NCBI RefSeq assembly: GCF_006345805.1
Contig: NC_043002.1
Coordinates: forward strand, 93,496,001 to 93,560,000
DNA length: 64,000 nt
Source: Octopus sinensis
Lineage: Eukaryota
Reading direction: 5' to 3'
Made by a program: the position numbers and the translations under genes. The notes beneath the pieces were generated by a model. It saw only the letters and a program-made list of their open reading frames with translations. It did no database searches and had not been told where the DNA came from. Below, piece after piece: positions 1 through 13,657 of this stretch; within the stretch, counting starts at the first letter, position 1, and every line of letters begins with the position of its first letter.

Positions 1-280
1 GCTAAGTTACGGGGACGTAAACACACCAGCATCGGTTGTCAAGCAATGCTAGGGGGACAAACACAGACACACAAACACACACACGCACATATATATATAT
101 ATATATACACATATATACGACGGGCTTCTTTCAGTTTCCGTCTATCAAATCCACTCACAAGGCATTGGTCGGCCCGAGGCTATAGTAGAAGACACTTGCC
201 CAAGGTGCCACGCAGTGGGACTGAACCCGGAACCATGTGGTTGGTAACAAGCTACTTACCACACAGCCACTCCTGCGCCT
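1..280 (-). mobile_element. tRNA-derived SINE family A (cut by the window edge)
   Basis: Head with A/B-box-like motifs (gtgtggtaag / gggttcagtccc), accttgggcaagtgtctt core, internal (TA)/(CA) tract. Confidence 0.85.
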
Positions 281-650
281 CTTTATTAAATATATTATCA
301 TGAAAAGGGTGGGAGCATCAGTTTTTTTATTAAATAATATGAATATTTTGTATATTTCTTTGAAAAATAAGCAAAAAGCTAAATTGTGTTTAGTCACTGG
401 AAAATAAAACTAATGGACAAATATGTTCCTGGTTCTGTGTATGAAATGTAATCATTTCTTTTGGCTAGTAGAGTTTGTAGTTTCTAGTTTTGGCTGCTTT
501 CTTCAATTCTATCATGCAGGGTTGATGCCATAACTAATAAAGGAACAACCAAGACAAGGTTATTTCTTTTCATTTCTTTGAAGATATCAGAACTCAATTT
601 CTTTCACAGCACACAAATGTATCTTATTTTACAAATAATCAAAATAAGAA

Positions 651-690
<40 letters not shown>

Positions 691-929
691 CATGTACACT
701 CCCGCCACCAAGTGTGTCTATGTGTGTATTGTACACATACATACCTGAATTTACAAGCATACACAGCTCATACACTTACTAAATTATAAAAATGTATAAA
801 CACATACAATGTATATGTGCCTGTATTTATATGTGTGTGTGTGTTTATATATACTTACATATTTGTGTCTATGTGTCTGTTTATGTATGTTTGTTTGTGT
901 GTGCATGTGTGTGAATATATATACACACA

Positions 930-1100
930 TTTTTTTTTCTCTCCTTGTTTCTCTCCTTGTTTTTTCTGTGTCCCTTTCTGTAGAAGAGTGTAGGCTCAAA
1001 ATATAAAAGACTTTTTCTATTCCTGAACGTTATACTAATACATCTGTTTGTTTTGTACACCACCTGTCTTTGTCTTTTGTTTTTTCGTAAACTCTCCCTA
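930..1100 (+). mobile_element. Solo 3' end of the same Penelope-like family, with degenerate hammerhead at 974-1009
   Basis: Clear similarity to 51930-52085 (gaagagYRtaggctc...aaagact...ctaatacaYYtg); ends in (TA)n. Confidence 0.65.
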
Positions 1101-1496
1101 TATATATATATATATATATATGGTCAATTCAAATAAACAACAATTAAAAAACAGAAAAAACCCCCAAAAAATTGGGCGTGCATGAGAAATATATTAATTT
1201 TATGCATGGTGTAAGGCGGCGAGCTTACAGTGTCATGACTGAAGGGGGTCTCATGTTCTTGCATCAAAATCTTTCAATGAAGTGTGTATACACCTATAAT
1301 GACGTATATTTACAGTTATTTGTTATGTCTACAATGGAGTGTATATATGTATATACAACTATTTGTTGTCAATAATGAAGTGGATATACATGTATTTGTT
1401 ATGATTATAATGAATTGTGTTTACAATTATTTATTGTCTACAATAAAATTTGTATACAACTATTTGTTATATCTATAATGAACCATGTATACTTAC

Positions 1497-1821
1497 TTAC
1501 TGGTATGCCATTGGTTACAATGACAAGGGTTCCAGTTGTTCCAATCAATGGAACAGCTTGTTCATGAAATTAACATGCAAGTGGTCGAGCACTCCACTGA
1601 CATGCATGCCCTTAATGTAGCTCTCAGGGAGATTCAGCATGACACAAAACGGGACAAAGCTGGTCCTTTGAAATACAGGTACTACTCATTTTTGCCATCT
1701 GATTGGACTGGAGCAATGTGAAGTAAAGTGTCTTGCTCAAGGATACAACATGCCAGGAATTGAACTCACACTCTTACAATTGTGAGTTGAATACCTTACT
1801 CACTGAGCGATGTGCCTTCAC
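1497..1821 (-). mobile_element. Chimeric SINE: E head/core + long module
   Basis: 1685-1821 matches the head of 28918; 1500-1685 matches the module in 17265-17385. Confidence 0.75.
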
Positions 1822-1845
1822 TATGAAGTGTGTATACAACCATTT

Positions 1846-2160
1846 GGAGGCGCAATGGTCCAGTGGTTAGGGCAGCGGACTCGCAGTCAGAGGATCGCGG
1901 TTTATATTCTCAGACCGGGCGTTGTGTGTGTTTACTGAGCGAAAACACCTAAAGCTCCATGAGGCTCTAGCAGGGGGTGGTGACGACCCCTGTTGTACTC
2001 TTTTGCCCCCAACTTTCTCTCACTCTTTCTTCATGTTTCTTGAGTAACACTGCGATGGACTGGTATCCTGTCCTGCTGGGGGGAACACATACGCCATAGA
2101 AACCGGGAAACTGGGCCCATGAGCCTGGCTAGGCTTGAAAAGGGCACACAAATAAATAAA
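1846..2160 (+). mobile_element. tRNA-derived SINE family D (short tail)
   Basis: ggaggcgcaatggtccagtggttagggcagcggac head; homologous to 12051-12352. Confidence 0.85.
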
Positions 2161-2663
2161 TACAACTATTTGGTATGTCTGTAATGAAGTGTGTATACCA
2201 CTATTTGTTATATCTACAATGAAGTGTGTATACCACTATTTGGTATGTCTATAATGAAGTGTGTATACCACTATTTGTTATGTATATAATGAAGTGTGTA
2301 TACCACTATTTGTTATGTCTATAATCAAGTGTGTATACAACTATAATGAAATGTGTATACAAGCATTTGGTATGTCTACAATGGAGTGTGTATATATTGA
2401 AGTGTGTACATTCCTATTTGTTATATCTATAGTGAAGTATGTATGCAACTTTATGTCTCTTATGAAGTGTGTATACAAGTGTTTGTTGTGTGTATAATGA
2501 AGTGTGTTTATACCTATTTGTTATATCTGCATACAACTGGTTGTTATATATACAATGAAATACGTATACTGTTATTTATTGTAACTACAATGAAGTGCTT
2601 GTATGTTTATACAGTTGTTTCTTATGTCTACTATAAAGTGTGTTTACAGACTTCAACAATACA

Positions 2664-3080
2664 GGCGTAGGAGTGGCTGTGTGGTAAGTAGCTTGTTTAC
2701 CAACCACATGGTTCTGGGTTCAGTCCCACTGCGTGGCACCTTGGGCAAGTGTCTTCTACTATAGCCTCGGGCCGACCAAAGCCTTGTGAGTGGATTTGGT
2801 AGACGGAAACTGAAAGAAGGCCGTCGTATATATATGTATATATATATATATGCGTGTGTGTGTTTGTGTGTCTGTGTTTGTCCCCCTAGCATTGCTTGAC
2901 AACCGATGCTGGTGTGTTTATGTCCCCGTTACTTTGTGGTTCGGCAAAAGAGACCGATAGAATAAGTACTGGGCTTACAAAAGAATAAGTCCCGGGGTCG
3001 AGTTGCTCAATTAAAGGGGTTGCTCCAGCATGGCTGCAGTCATATGACTGAAACAAGTAAAAAGAGTAAAAAAAGAGTAA
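2664..3080 (+). mobile_element. SINE family A, full length
   Basis: Homologous to 1-280, 9326-9720 and 53031-53696; (AAAGAGT)n tail. Confidence 0.9.
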
Positions 3081-4776
3081 TAAAATCTGTTTGTAACTGT
3101 TTGGTATGTCTGTATTTTCTCACTTTGGGAGGTGATGCACAGTAAAGTGAGGTAATACTGTAAAATATGATGGTTGGTGGGTTGAGTGTGTGCTAGTGGA
3201 GAAGATGTATGATTCTCTAATTTAAAGGAACAGAGGACATTGTAGAGGATAGGGAGTAGAAACTGTGTTTGTGAGACAGTGTTTGGTGCGTGTTGGGTGA
3301 GTAAACTATTGCCAAATAGTGAAATGGCCCTCTATTTTGGATTTGATCTATGGCACCATTCTATTTATGTGAGCAATATTTCAGTGTGGGTCATAAGGTG
3401 GCAAGCTGGCAGAATTGTTAGCATGCTGGGCAAAATGCTAAGCGACATTTTGTCCATCTTCACGTTCTGAGTTCAAAATCTGCCATGGTTGACTTTTTTT
3501 TTCGTCCTTTCAGGGTTGATAAAATAAGTACCTGTTGAGCGCTGGGATTGATGTAATTGGCTTACCCCTTCCTCTCAAATTGCTGGCCTTGTGCCAAAAT
3601 TTGAAATCAGTATTTTTGAATGTGGCAAGCTGGTAGAATCGTTAGCACGCCAGGCAAAATGCTTAGCATTTTGTCCGTCTTCATGTTCTGAGTTCAAATT
3701 GTGCCAGAGTCGACTTTGCATTTCATCCTTTTAGGGTTGATAAAATAAGTACCAGTTAAACACTGGGGTTGATGTAATTGACTTACCCACTTCTGAAATT
3801 GCTGGCCCTGTGCCAGAATTTGAAATCAATATTTGAGTGTGGGTTTTACTTGAGTCTTGTGTCGGTATCTGTAGCTAATCAATGCTAAAGTTTTTTTCTG
3901 GTTCTGAAGAGGAATTCTAGTCTTTGTAATACAGCTTTTGCAATATTAAATGTGTAGAGTCACTCTGAGAGAACTATGTGGGATCATCATCATCATCGTT
4001 TAGCGTCCGTTTTCCATGCTAGCATGGGTTGGACGGTTCTACTGGGGTCTGTGAAGCCAGAAGGCTTCATCAGGCCCAGTCAAATCTGGCAGTGTTTCTA
4101 CGGCTGGATGCCCTTCCTAACGCCAACCACTCCGTGAGTGTAGTGGGTGCTTTTTACGTGCCACCCACACTGGTGCCAGACAGAGCTGGCAAACGGCCAC
4201 GAACGGATGGTGCTTTTTATGTGCCACCGGCACGAGGGCCAGGCGACTGTGATAAAATTTGGTTTGAGAAAGATTTGGTTGTTATTTCTAGCAAATAAAG
4301 GCTTTTTCATTGGCATATTTGTTATAATGTATTTAGCCTGTACGTGGATGACACTTGTGTGTGTGAAGAGTCTGTGGAGAATGTGTTTAGGTTGCATGTT
4401 GATAATGCCTGTGTGTGTAAGGTTAAGGAGGAGTGAAATATGCTGTTGTCTGCATCAAAATACGCTGCAAATAGGCCATTACTACACTGAAGGAAGAATG
4501 GAAATGACAGAACCAAAGATTGGGATGAGGCTCTTTGCACATGTTGCACATGTTGCAATGTGGGTCAGAGAGAGAAAGAAAGAGAATGAGAGAGAGAGAA
4601 AACTCTGTTAGCACATATTGCTGTATGGTTCAGAGAGAACTCTGAACATACAGGAATCAAGGTCAGAGACTAATGGTACAGAATCATTTTAATAAGGAAC
4701 TTCAATTTTTACCAATAGTTTTATCTAGTTCTCTCAGGCTATGAATAATTTCTTTTGTATTTCTTTATCATTTCAG

Positions 4777-4976
4777 AGCAAGAAATCAAAAATGAAAGAA
4801 AATCCTCCATTGATGACCAATCCCCGAACATCATGCAGCAATCTGTTGACATGAGAAAATCTTTTGCTGAGTTTACGGACGTGGATTCAGATTCTTCAGA
4901 CATAAAAGTAGGCAAGAATTCATCACAGCAAAGTTTGATATCACAGACTGTGGACACAGATGATTGTACTGATGAT
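4777..4976 (+). CDS. ABR/BCR: ABR/BCR-like exon 1 in window (Ser/Asp-rich linker, [11 protein letters not shown]...DDCTDD)
   Basis: tttcag acceptor, open frame, GAT|gtaatg donor in phase 0 matching the next exon; no domain motif, so less certain. Confidence 0.7.
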
Positions 4977-4998
4977 GTAATGTTGATGTCTTTATACT

Positions 4999-5029
<31 letters not shown>

Positions 5030-5333
5030 TAATAATAACAATAATAATTACAATAATAGTACTAATAATGATATTTTCAATAACAACAATAATTGTATTA
5101 ATAATAATAATAATAATAATCCTTTTGACTAATTGCACGAGGCCTGAAATTTTGGAGGAGGGGACTAGTTGATTATATCAACCCCAGTGCTTCACTGGTA
5201 TTTAATTTATTGACCACGGAAGAATGAAAGGAAAAGTTGATGGTGGTGGAATTTGAACTTGAAATGTAGTGACAGGCAAAATACCACTAAGCATTTTGTC
5301 CAGCATACTAACAATTCTGCCAGGCTTGCTGCC

Positions 5334-5375
<42 letters not shown>

Positions 5376-6600
5376 TCTTGGTATAAAAGATGGGCTACAG
5401 CAAATATTCTGCTCAATACCACAGATTTGCTTGTCATTTGTTTGACCTTAACCAGTCGAACATATCCCTTAGTGGCTGACGATATGTGCATCTCTGATCC
5501 CGTGCAGAAGTAATGGGGGAGCATCATAGCCATGTGTTGAGAGGAATTCTTTGGGGTTTGAAGCATGGGTATTTCGTTCAACATCCTTAAACAACCCTTA
5601 TTCAGGGACCTTTTGAGCAGGATGGGATATTCAACCTGAAGAAAATTCTAACTGGGCCCCACCTGTAAGGTCATGCACTGTTTACCTTGATATGAGATCA
5701 CCGTGTTGCATACATGTGATAGTGATGCATGTGCCTGGTGTGCCCTTATCAGACAGGTAGTCATGTTGGGTATATTGGGCTTCGTATAACGGTACCCCAT
5801 TGTCACTTTGATGGCAAGCACTGCTCTCTCACTCAATAATAATAATAATAATAAAATAATGGTTTCAAATTTTGACACAGAAAGTTTGAGGAAGGGTGTA
5901 AGTCAGTTATATTGGCCCTAGTGTTCCATTGGTACTCATTTTAATGACCCCGAAAGGATGAAAAACAAAGTTGACCTCAGCAGTGTTTGAACTCAGAACG
6001 TGAAGACAGACAAAATGCTGCTAAGCATTATGCCCTGCGAGATAAAACAGAATATAAGAGAACATGATGTTTATATATGCTAGACATATATGTTTGATTT
6101 TTTGTTTACATTCTGTTTTGTCTCGCTCTTTTACTATTTATTTTTTAAATATATCCATTAGCCAATTTAATTTATAGATTTTTTTTTTGCATAATAGACT
6201 TGCATACACATTGACATGTCCCTCTTTTTCGTTTCTCTTAATTTTTCTCTTTTACAAATTATTTGTAAATATCCGATTTAATTTTCCCTATTACCCCTTT
6301 TGTTTTTCCTTTTTGAATTTTAGCAATAACTTTCTTGGATATTTTTTTTACTTAAACTCTTCACACTGACGAGAATCACAATACATAACTTTAATTATAA
6401 TTCTTATTTTAATTTTCTCATACATATTTGTACTGCCCTTTAAAACGTTCGTATGTGCTTATTAAATCTAATTTTGATTTTATTTTCTAACATCTTTTCT
6501 CCAATTTTATAATTGTTTATGCTATTTTTATACCTACAAAGAACTTTTTCAATTACACACACACACACACACATACAAACACACATACAAACACACATAC

Positions 6601-6653
<53 letters not shown>

Positions 6654-6708
6654 TATATATACATATATACATACATATATACACATATACATATATATAT
6701 ATACACAT

Positions 6709-6740
<32 letters not shown>

Positions 6741-7111
6741 GTGCTAGCGCGGAAAACGGACGTTAAACGATGATGATATATACATGTATATACACATATA
6801 TATGCACATGTATGTACACACATATATACACATATATATACATATATATACATATGTATATACATATACATATATTCATACATATATATATAAATACATG
6901 TATAAAAAATATATATAAAAATACAAAATGGGACAAGAACGCAAAACATTCAAATAGACGAAACAAAAAACGGACGGGTCATTCGTAGCCTCTAATCTTC
7001 AGTCAAGAACCGGATCATCCTCGCAATTTCGGCTGATTAATCTTGAGATCACTCCGATCAGGCCATCCCCAAGGAAAAATACATATATATATGTATGTAT
7101 GTATATGTATG

Positions 7112-7151
<40 letters not shown>

Positions 7152-10100
7152 CAGGCTGTCATGTGTGTGATAGCTTTTGTGCACTTTTAGTATTCCCTTT
7201 TGTTGGTGTGATTACTTCTACAGCTGTGTATCTTTTTGTCGCTAGCTACTCAACTAGTGGAAGCAGCTGTTTGTCAGACAGACTGGACAAAATAATACTA
7301 GGTACCAGTGCTTAGAACCTAAAATATTGGCTATACTAAGATTTGATCTCATAACCAGTGGAATTAGTATTCCACAAACTTTACTTCAGGACTGTCATGA
7401 AAAAAAAATGAGTATATCATGAGCAGCATTCTGAAAATCTATTTCAGTTATTATATACTTCATCAGTTTTGGTGGCGAGCTGGCAGAAACATGAGTGCGC
7501 CAGGCGAAATGCTTAGCGGTATTTCATCTGGTGTTACGTTCTGAGTTCAAATTCTGCCGAGGTCGACTTTGCCTTTCATCCTTTCAGGGTCGATAAATAA
7601 AGTAACAGTTTCGCACTGGGGTTGATGTAATCGACTTAATCCCTTTGTCTGTCCTTGTTTGTCCCCTCTATGTTCAGCCCCTTGAGGTCGACTTTGCCTT
7701 TCATCCTTTTGGGGTTGATAAATAAAGTACCAGTTTCGCACTGGGGTCAATGTAATCGACTTAATCCCTTTGTCTGTCCTTGTTTGTCCCCTCTATGTTC
7801 AGCCCCTTGAGGTCGACTTTGCCTTTCATCCTTTTGGGATCGATAAATAAAGTACCAGTTTCGCACTGGGGTCGATGTAATCGACTTAATCCTTTTGTCT
7901 GTCCTTGTTTGTCCCCTCTATGTTCAGCTCATTGAGGTCGACTTTGCCTTTCATCCTTTTGGGGTCGATAAATAAAGTACCAGTTTCGCACTGGGGTCGA
8001 TGGTATCGACTTAATCCCTTTGTCTGTCCTTGTTTGTCCTCTCTATGTTTAGCTCCCTGTGGGCAATAAAGAAATATATATACTTTATCAGTTTTTCTAC
8101 AGTTTGTTATTTACAAAACTAAAGCCATTAGATAATATAGGTGATAATCAAATAAATCATAAGTGTATGGGGTAACTTCAGTTATCAAACTAAGTTAAGT
8201 GTGTAAATTTAGTTTTTAATGTGAGGGGTATACTTTCTCAGCTTTTAAACATGATAGATAAATTGGAAAAAAGTAAACACTTGTTAAACATCAACATCAT
8301 CATTATTACTGTCATCATTATTGTCTTTGCTGTCATCACGGTCATTACAACTGTCATCATTGTTATCAACATTGCTGTCATCACTGTCGCTGTTGTCATC
8401 ATTGATGTTGTCAGTGTTATTGCTGCCTTCATGGCTGTCATCGTTGTTGTCATCGCTGTTATTGCTGTTGCCATTGCTATTATATTGCTGTCATCAATAC
8501 TGTTATAATTGCTATTGTTAACAATATTCGTTGTTGTTGTTGTTCAGCCCTTATCAACTGAACATATGATATATGATTGGAGACATTCCAGCTATGGCAA
8601 TCCCATTTTTTTTCAGGTATTGAGCACCTTGATCTATATTTACTTTTTTTTTTTAAGACAGTACAGTGACAAATGATGATGAACGGCTGCATTTTATAGC
8701 AGATCAAGACTCCTTTGTTGTTGACATTTTTATAACAATTTTATTGGATAGAACGTACACCCTCCCACACTCACATCACGCATGCACTATTTTAGTATTT
8801 ATCCTAAGATAAACTCGTCCATTTTACTTCACTCATGGAACATCAGCTACTGAAAGTGTTGCATTATATATTTTGTTCAGATGAAAAAGAAAAAGATAAA
8901 TTTAAAGTAATTTTTCAAAAATTTAAAATGTTTAAAAAATAGTAAAAAATAAAATAAAAAATAAAAGTAGAATGGTGAGATAGTATTAATTTATGTATTT
9001 ATATGAAGAAAAAGAGAGAGAGAAGAGACAACATAAGATTTGTAGTGCTACTGATATGGAAAAATGCACCAAGTAAACTCTGTGAAGTAGTTAGTAAATG
9101 AGTGGGGACACTAGCTAGGGTGGAGAGGATTTTTTTCAGTCTTATCTAAAACATGGCAGCATCTCTAGTGCAGGTGCCATGATAAAATGCATGTAATATA
9201 TTGTGTAAGTGTTTAGTGTTAGGAAGAGCATCCAGTCATAGAAGCCAAATCAAAGATGAAATGTTTGAGCAAGATTTAGTCCTCCAACTTCTCTTGGAGG
9301 ACAGTAATTCTGAATAAGACTGATTACTCTCTTTACACTCTTTTACTTGTTTCAGTCATTTGACTGCGGCCATGCTGGAGCACCACCTTTAGTTGAGCAA
9401 ATCGACCCCAGGATTTATTCTTTGTAAGCCTAGTACTTATTCTATTGGTCTCTTTTGCCGAACCGCTAAGTTACGTGGACGTAAACACACCATTATCGGT
9501 TGTCAAGCGATGTTGGGGGGGACAAACACAGACACACAAACATATATATATATATACATATATATGATGGGCTTCTTTCAGTTTCCGTCTACCAAATTCA
9601 CTCACAAGGCTTTGGTGGGCCTGAGGCTATAGTAGAAGGCACTTGCCCAAGGTGCCACGCAATTGGGACTGATCCTAGAACCATGTGGTTGGTAAGGAAG
9701 CTACTTACCACGCAGCCACTTGATTGACAAACTTGAATGTATAATTTTGCTTTCTAAAATTTATAATGCTACAAGAAGAAGGCTATGTAATGGCTGTAAT
9801 CATATGGAAGCTGTATGGAAAAATTAATCTATTTTCACCCCTCACACCCCCTGATTTCATGATTTCTACATATATGTACATAAAGACGGAATGGACTAAA
9901 CAGAACAGGAGGATACATGTGGATGGAAGAGCTGCTGAAGAGGTCACTGATGTTTGATAAAAGATTTTCAGATAATGGCCATGAGATAAAACAAAAACAA
10001 TAATAAACAAGTGAAGAATGAATATATATAGCGTGTATGTGTTTATTTGGCAAGAAAAAAAAAAGACCATCCCAAAATATAACAAATAAATTTATCTCCC

Positions 10101-13100
10101 TCTCTATTTATTAGCTAAATCATGTCTCACACTACTGAAATAGTTGTTTTTTTTCCTGTTGAACTGAGTATTTTTTTGAGGAACTGTAATATTTTCTTTG
10201 AATGGTATAGGACTGCTTCATTTGTTCCTCCTCTAGAACTCTTAAACAAACTAAATATTTATTACATTTGTCTTTCTGTAAACAACCTTCTGGTTAAGTC
10301 TTTAGTGCTAATTTTGTTAACTATGATGGGGTACCCAAAAGAAACCAGAATTTTGCAACATTATTTTATTCACTTAGTTTTATATGTTTACTTTTATTGC
10401 CTTCAAAGTATTCTCCATTTGAAGCAATGCATCAGTCCAGGTGCGTTTTCCCTTTGTTCAAAGTAGTCCTAGAACTCTGCAAAGTGATGCCTTTTAATGC
10501 CTCCATCATTTCTTTCTTCACCTCATCCACCTTTGCAAAACGTTTTCCTTTAAGAACTTTTGTCATTTGGAGAAACAAAAAAATGTCACAGGGAGCAAGC
10601 TCGTGTAAATAGGGAGGGTGGGTAAGTGGAGTCATGCATTCAGTCATGACTGCTTTTGATCTGTGAGCAAGTGAGGCACAAATTTTGCTGTAACTCTTTT
10701 CATTTGCAATTCCTCATTCAAAATTCGTTGGCAGGAGCTACAAGACACACTGGTCATATCAACAAGTTTATCAATTGTTTGGTGATGGTTCTCCAACATC
10801 AGTTCATGCATTTTCGTGATATTTTCATTCATGCGGAGGATTGACGGTCACCCTGGATGAGGTTGGTTTTCAAGTGATAAGTGACCATTCCTAAAGCATT
10901 GAAACCACTTGTAAACTTGTATTCTGCTCATGGTAGCTGTCTGAAGTATGACAACTGTTTTGGCCACCATTTTCTGTAGCAGAATACAAAATTTCACAGA
11001 AGCACACTGTTCCTTTGTTTCAGCCATTGCAACAAAATGACAAACAGGGGAGAAGTACTGCAAAACAATGATGCATCATGTGGCAGTACAACTTGATAGG
11101 ATGACGCTGGTCAGCACACTGATGTCGGAGGGGTGCATTAAGTGACTTCTAGTGGCAGAAGCCTGAACAACAACGAGCTTGTCCCACAGAGAACGTTTCC
11201 AGTTACCTTTGGGTACCTCCTCGTATATATCAGGTTACGTTAGTTATTGCTACTAATGTTGTCACTTCTTGTCTTTATGTTATTGCATTGATGATCTCTC
11301 TCTAAATAATGTTCCGTACATATATGAAGAATTCTTTTCTAGTTATTGTTTCTAACTTCATTGGTTGGCACACATCTCCTACTAATGTTGCTGTTTTAAC
11401 CCTTTAGCGTTCAGATTATTCTATCAAACATAATGCATGTTGATTCCCATTGATTTGAATTAATCATGCATTATCTCATATCTTCAAGATCTTGATGGTG
11501 TAATTACTTAATGTAGAATAACATTGTAGGGTAGGTGTGAGAGCCTGGATCTGGTCAGTTTGAACGTAAAACAGATTAACTATTTTGGCCGGATATGGCC
11601 GGTTTAAATACTAAATGGTTAATGCATTCAAACTATTTCTCCAATTAATATCACCATCCTTCCATATAAATCTGAATAATTCTCTACTAGTGGCATAGTT
11701 CTATAAGGAAAAGATAATGACCACCCTTCTCTATATGAAGATCTGTTCTAATCTCACTACTGACAGAAATCAAGAACTGAACATCCATAGAAATCATCAG
11801 TTCTCTTATGACTACATTTACTAAATAATATTAATAGTGACATTTTTCCTACATTGTATTCAGCTTTCTTGACTACTGTTTGTGCTGACATATTTCTGAT
11901 GGAACCAACAAATTTCTCAAAATAAACCTGTATGTCTTAAGTTTTGTTCCATCTGGGGGATGCTAAGAGTCATTTCTACCTTATTATGATGTACATATTT
12001 TTTAGAGACATGACCAAATGGCTATAAATACCATTACTGAAACTGCACGTGGAGGCACATGACCTAGTGGTTAGAGCAGCAGACTCGTGGTTGAGGGATC
12101 GCGGGTTCGAATCTCAGACCAGACGATGTGTGTGTTTATGAGCGAAACACCTAAGCTCCACGCGGCTCCGGCAGAAGGTAATGGCGAAACTTCTGCTGAC
12201 TCTTTCGCCACAACTTTCTCTCACTCTTTCCTCCTGTATCTTGCAGCTCACCTGCGACGGACCGGCGTCCCGTCCAGGTAGAGAACCTATACGCCAAGAA
12301 ACCGGGAAACCGGCCCTTTTGAGCCAGGCTTGGCTCAAAAAGGAACAAACAACTGAAGCTGCAGTGAAGGCCACTTAATGGCTTTGGATAAAAAAAGGGA
12401 AGACCAGTGCTTTGCTACTGCTTGGATGCAATCTGGGACTTGATCAACCCTGGATGAGTCAACTGGGTGAGGATGAGTCTGACGGTGAAAGATCGGAAAC
12501 CTCCTGGGACCCCAGAAATCACTGGCGATGTATTTTAGAGCATGCTTGAGATGTGTTTTGGAACTAAAATTATTACTTGACATGTTTAAATAGTCTAATA
12601 GTTTATATATAATTTTATTTATGGCATATGAAAATTCAGACTTGGCTGTGAGAAATGAGTTCATGAATTTAGATTAAGCTTTCACTTTCTACTCATCTTG
12701 TCTGGTTTAGGAAATCTGGTTCAATAGAAATATGAAGTAACCACCCTTCCCTCTGTGATCTGAATGTTTACTTAATGTCTCCTTAGCAATAATTAACTGT
12801 GCTTCTACCTTTCTCTATCAGTCCTTGATTCTTCCTCACTCAGAGAAATCTCTCTGGGCTTTTAAAGTTCAATATAAATACTAACTGTACATCTGCCTTT
12901 TATTGTCTCTATTATTAGACTCGATAAAGTTATTTCACATCATTTTAATGTCTGATGTAATTTCAATGCATTTTGTTGCTTAATATTATTTCATTGTCAT
13001 TCCTGCACCCTTTTCCCAGAAGCTGATATGCACAATTTAACATCCTGAATAAGCTATGTCTTGTTACTGACCTAAATTAAAGAATAGTCACTTAAAACAT

Positions 13101-13300
13101 TAAATCTTATTTGAATTTTGTGACATAAATCTGAGAACAAGTAATTGTGTTTTAAAGGATTTTTTTCATATTCTATAAGTAATGTAGATCTGATTAGAGA
13201 TATCAGGGGAGTAGGGTTGAAATAATATTTTGTTTTCTTCAAATTGTTTTACATAGGTACAAATAACGGTCAATTTTCGAGCGATAAACAAAAATGAGCT

Positions 13301-13340
<40 letters not shown>

Positions 13341-13611
13341 TGAGCTCATTTTTGTTTATCGCTCGAAAATTGACCGTTATTTGTAAAGGACCAATCAAAC
13401 AAGTCCATTTTTAAAGGTGTAGCGTTTATACTAGTCTGGATAGAATTGACATATCGGTTCTATTCTAGCAAAAACTGTCCGACGAACGGAAACATGAAAC
13501 TCAGAGTAACAGGTTTTGTTGAATTTTCTGCTGCTTTAAATAAACCATATTACTCTACCACTGGTATTTGAGTACTATTTCCACTTTGTTTCACATTTAT
13601 GTATTTACTCC

Positions 13612-13657
<46 letters not shown>

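Larger units (their letters stand above)
1262..2663. repeat. Degenerate 35-bp minisatellite split by SINE insertions (blocks about 1262-1490 and 2161-2663)
   Basis: ctatttgttatgtctataatgaagtgtgtatacca at 35-bp spacing (2166, 2201, 2236, 2271, 2306). Confidence 0.85.

Noticed and set aside
520-558. Possible 39-nt exon (VDAITNKGTTKT) with cag acceptor and gttatt donor
   Set aside because: Weak donor; it ends in phase 2 while the next exon (4777) needs phase 1, and I found no bridging exon.
6362-6460. CTGACGA ... AAACGTT as a hammerhead
   Set aside because: No G12, no convincing helix II, and helix I is not adjacent to the cleavage triplet; at best a heavily decayed relic.
6960-7080. CTGAAGA and gccGAAAT motifs on the - strand as a hammerhead
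   Set aside because: The motifs are in the wrong order and spacing, and no GAAAC..UH follows CTGAAGA.
12476-12505. CTGACGG..GAAAC as a hammerhead
   Set aside because: It lacks G8-A9 before helix II, and there is no UH triplet or helix I.
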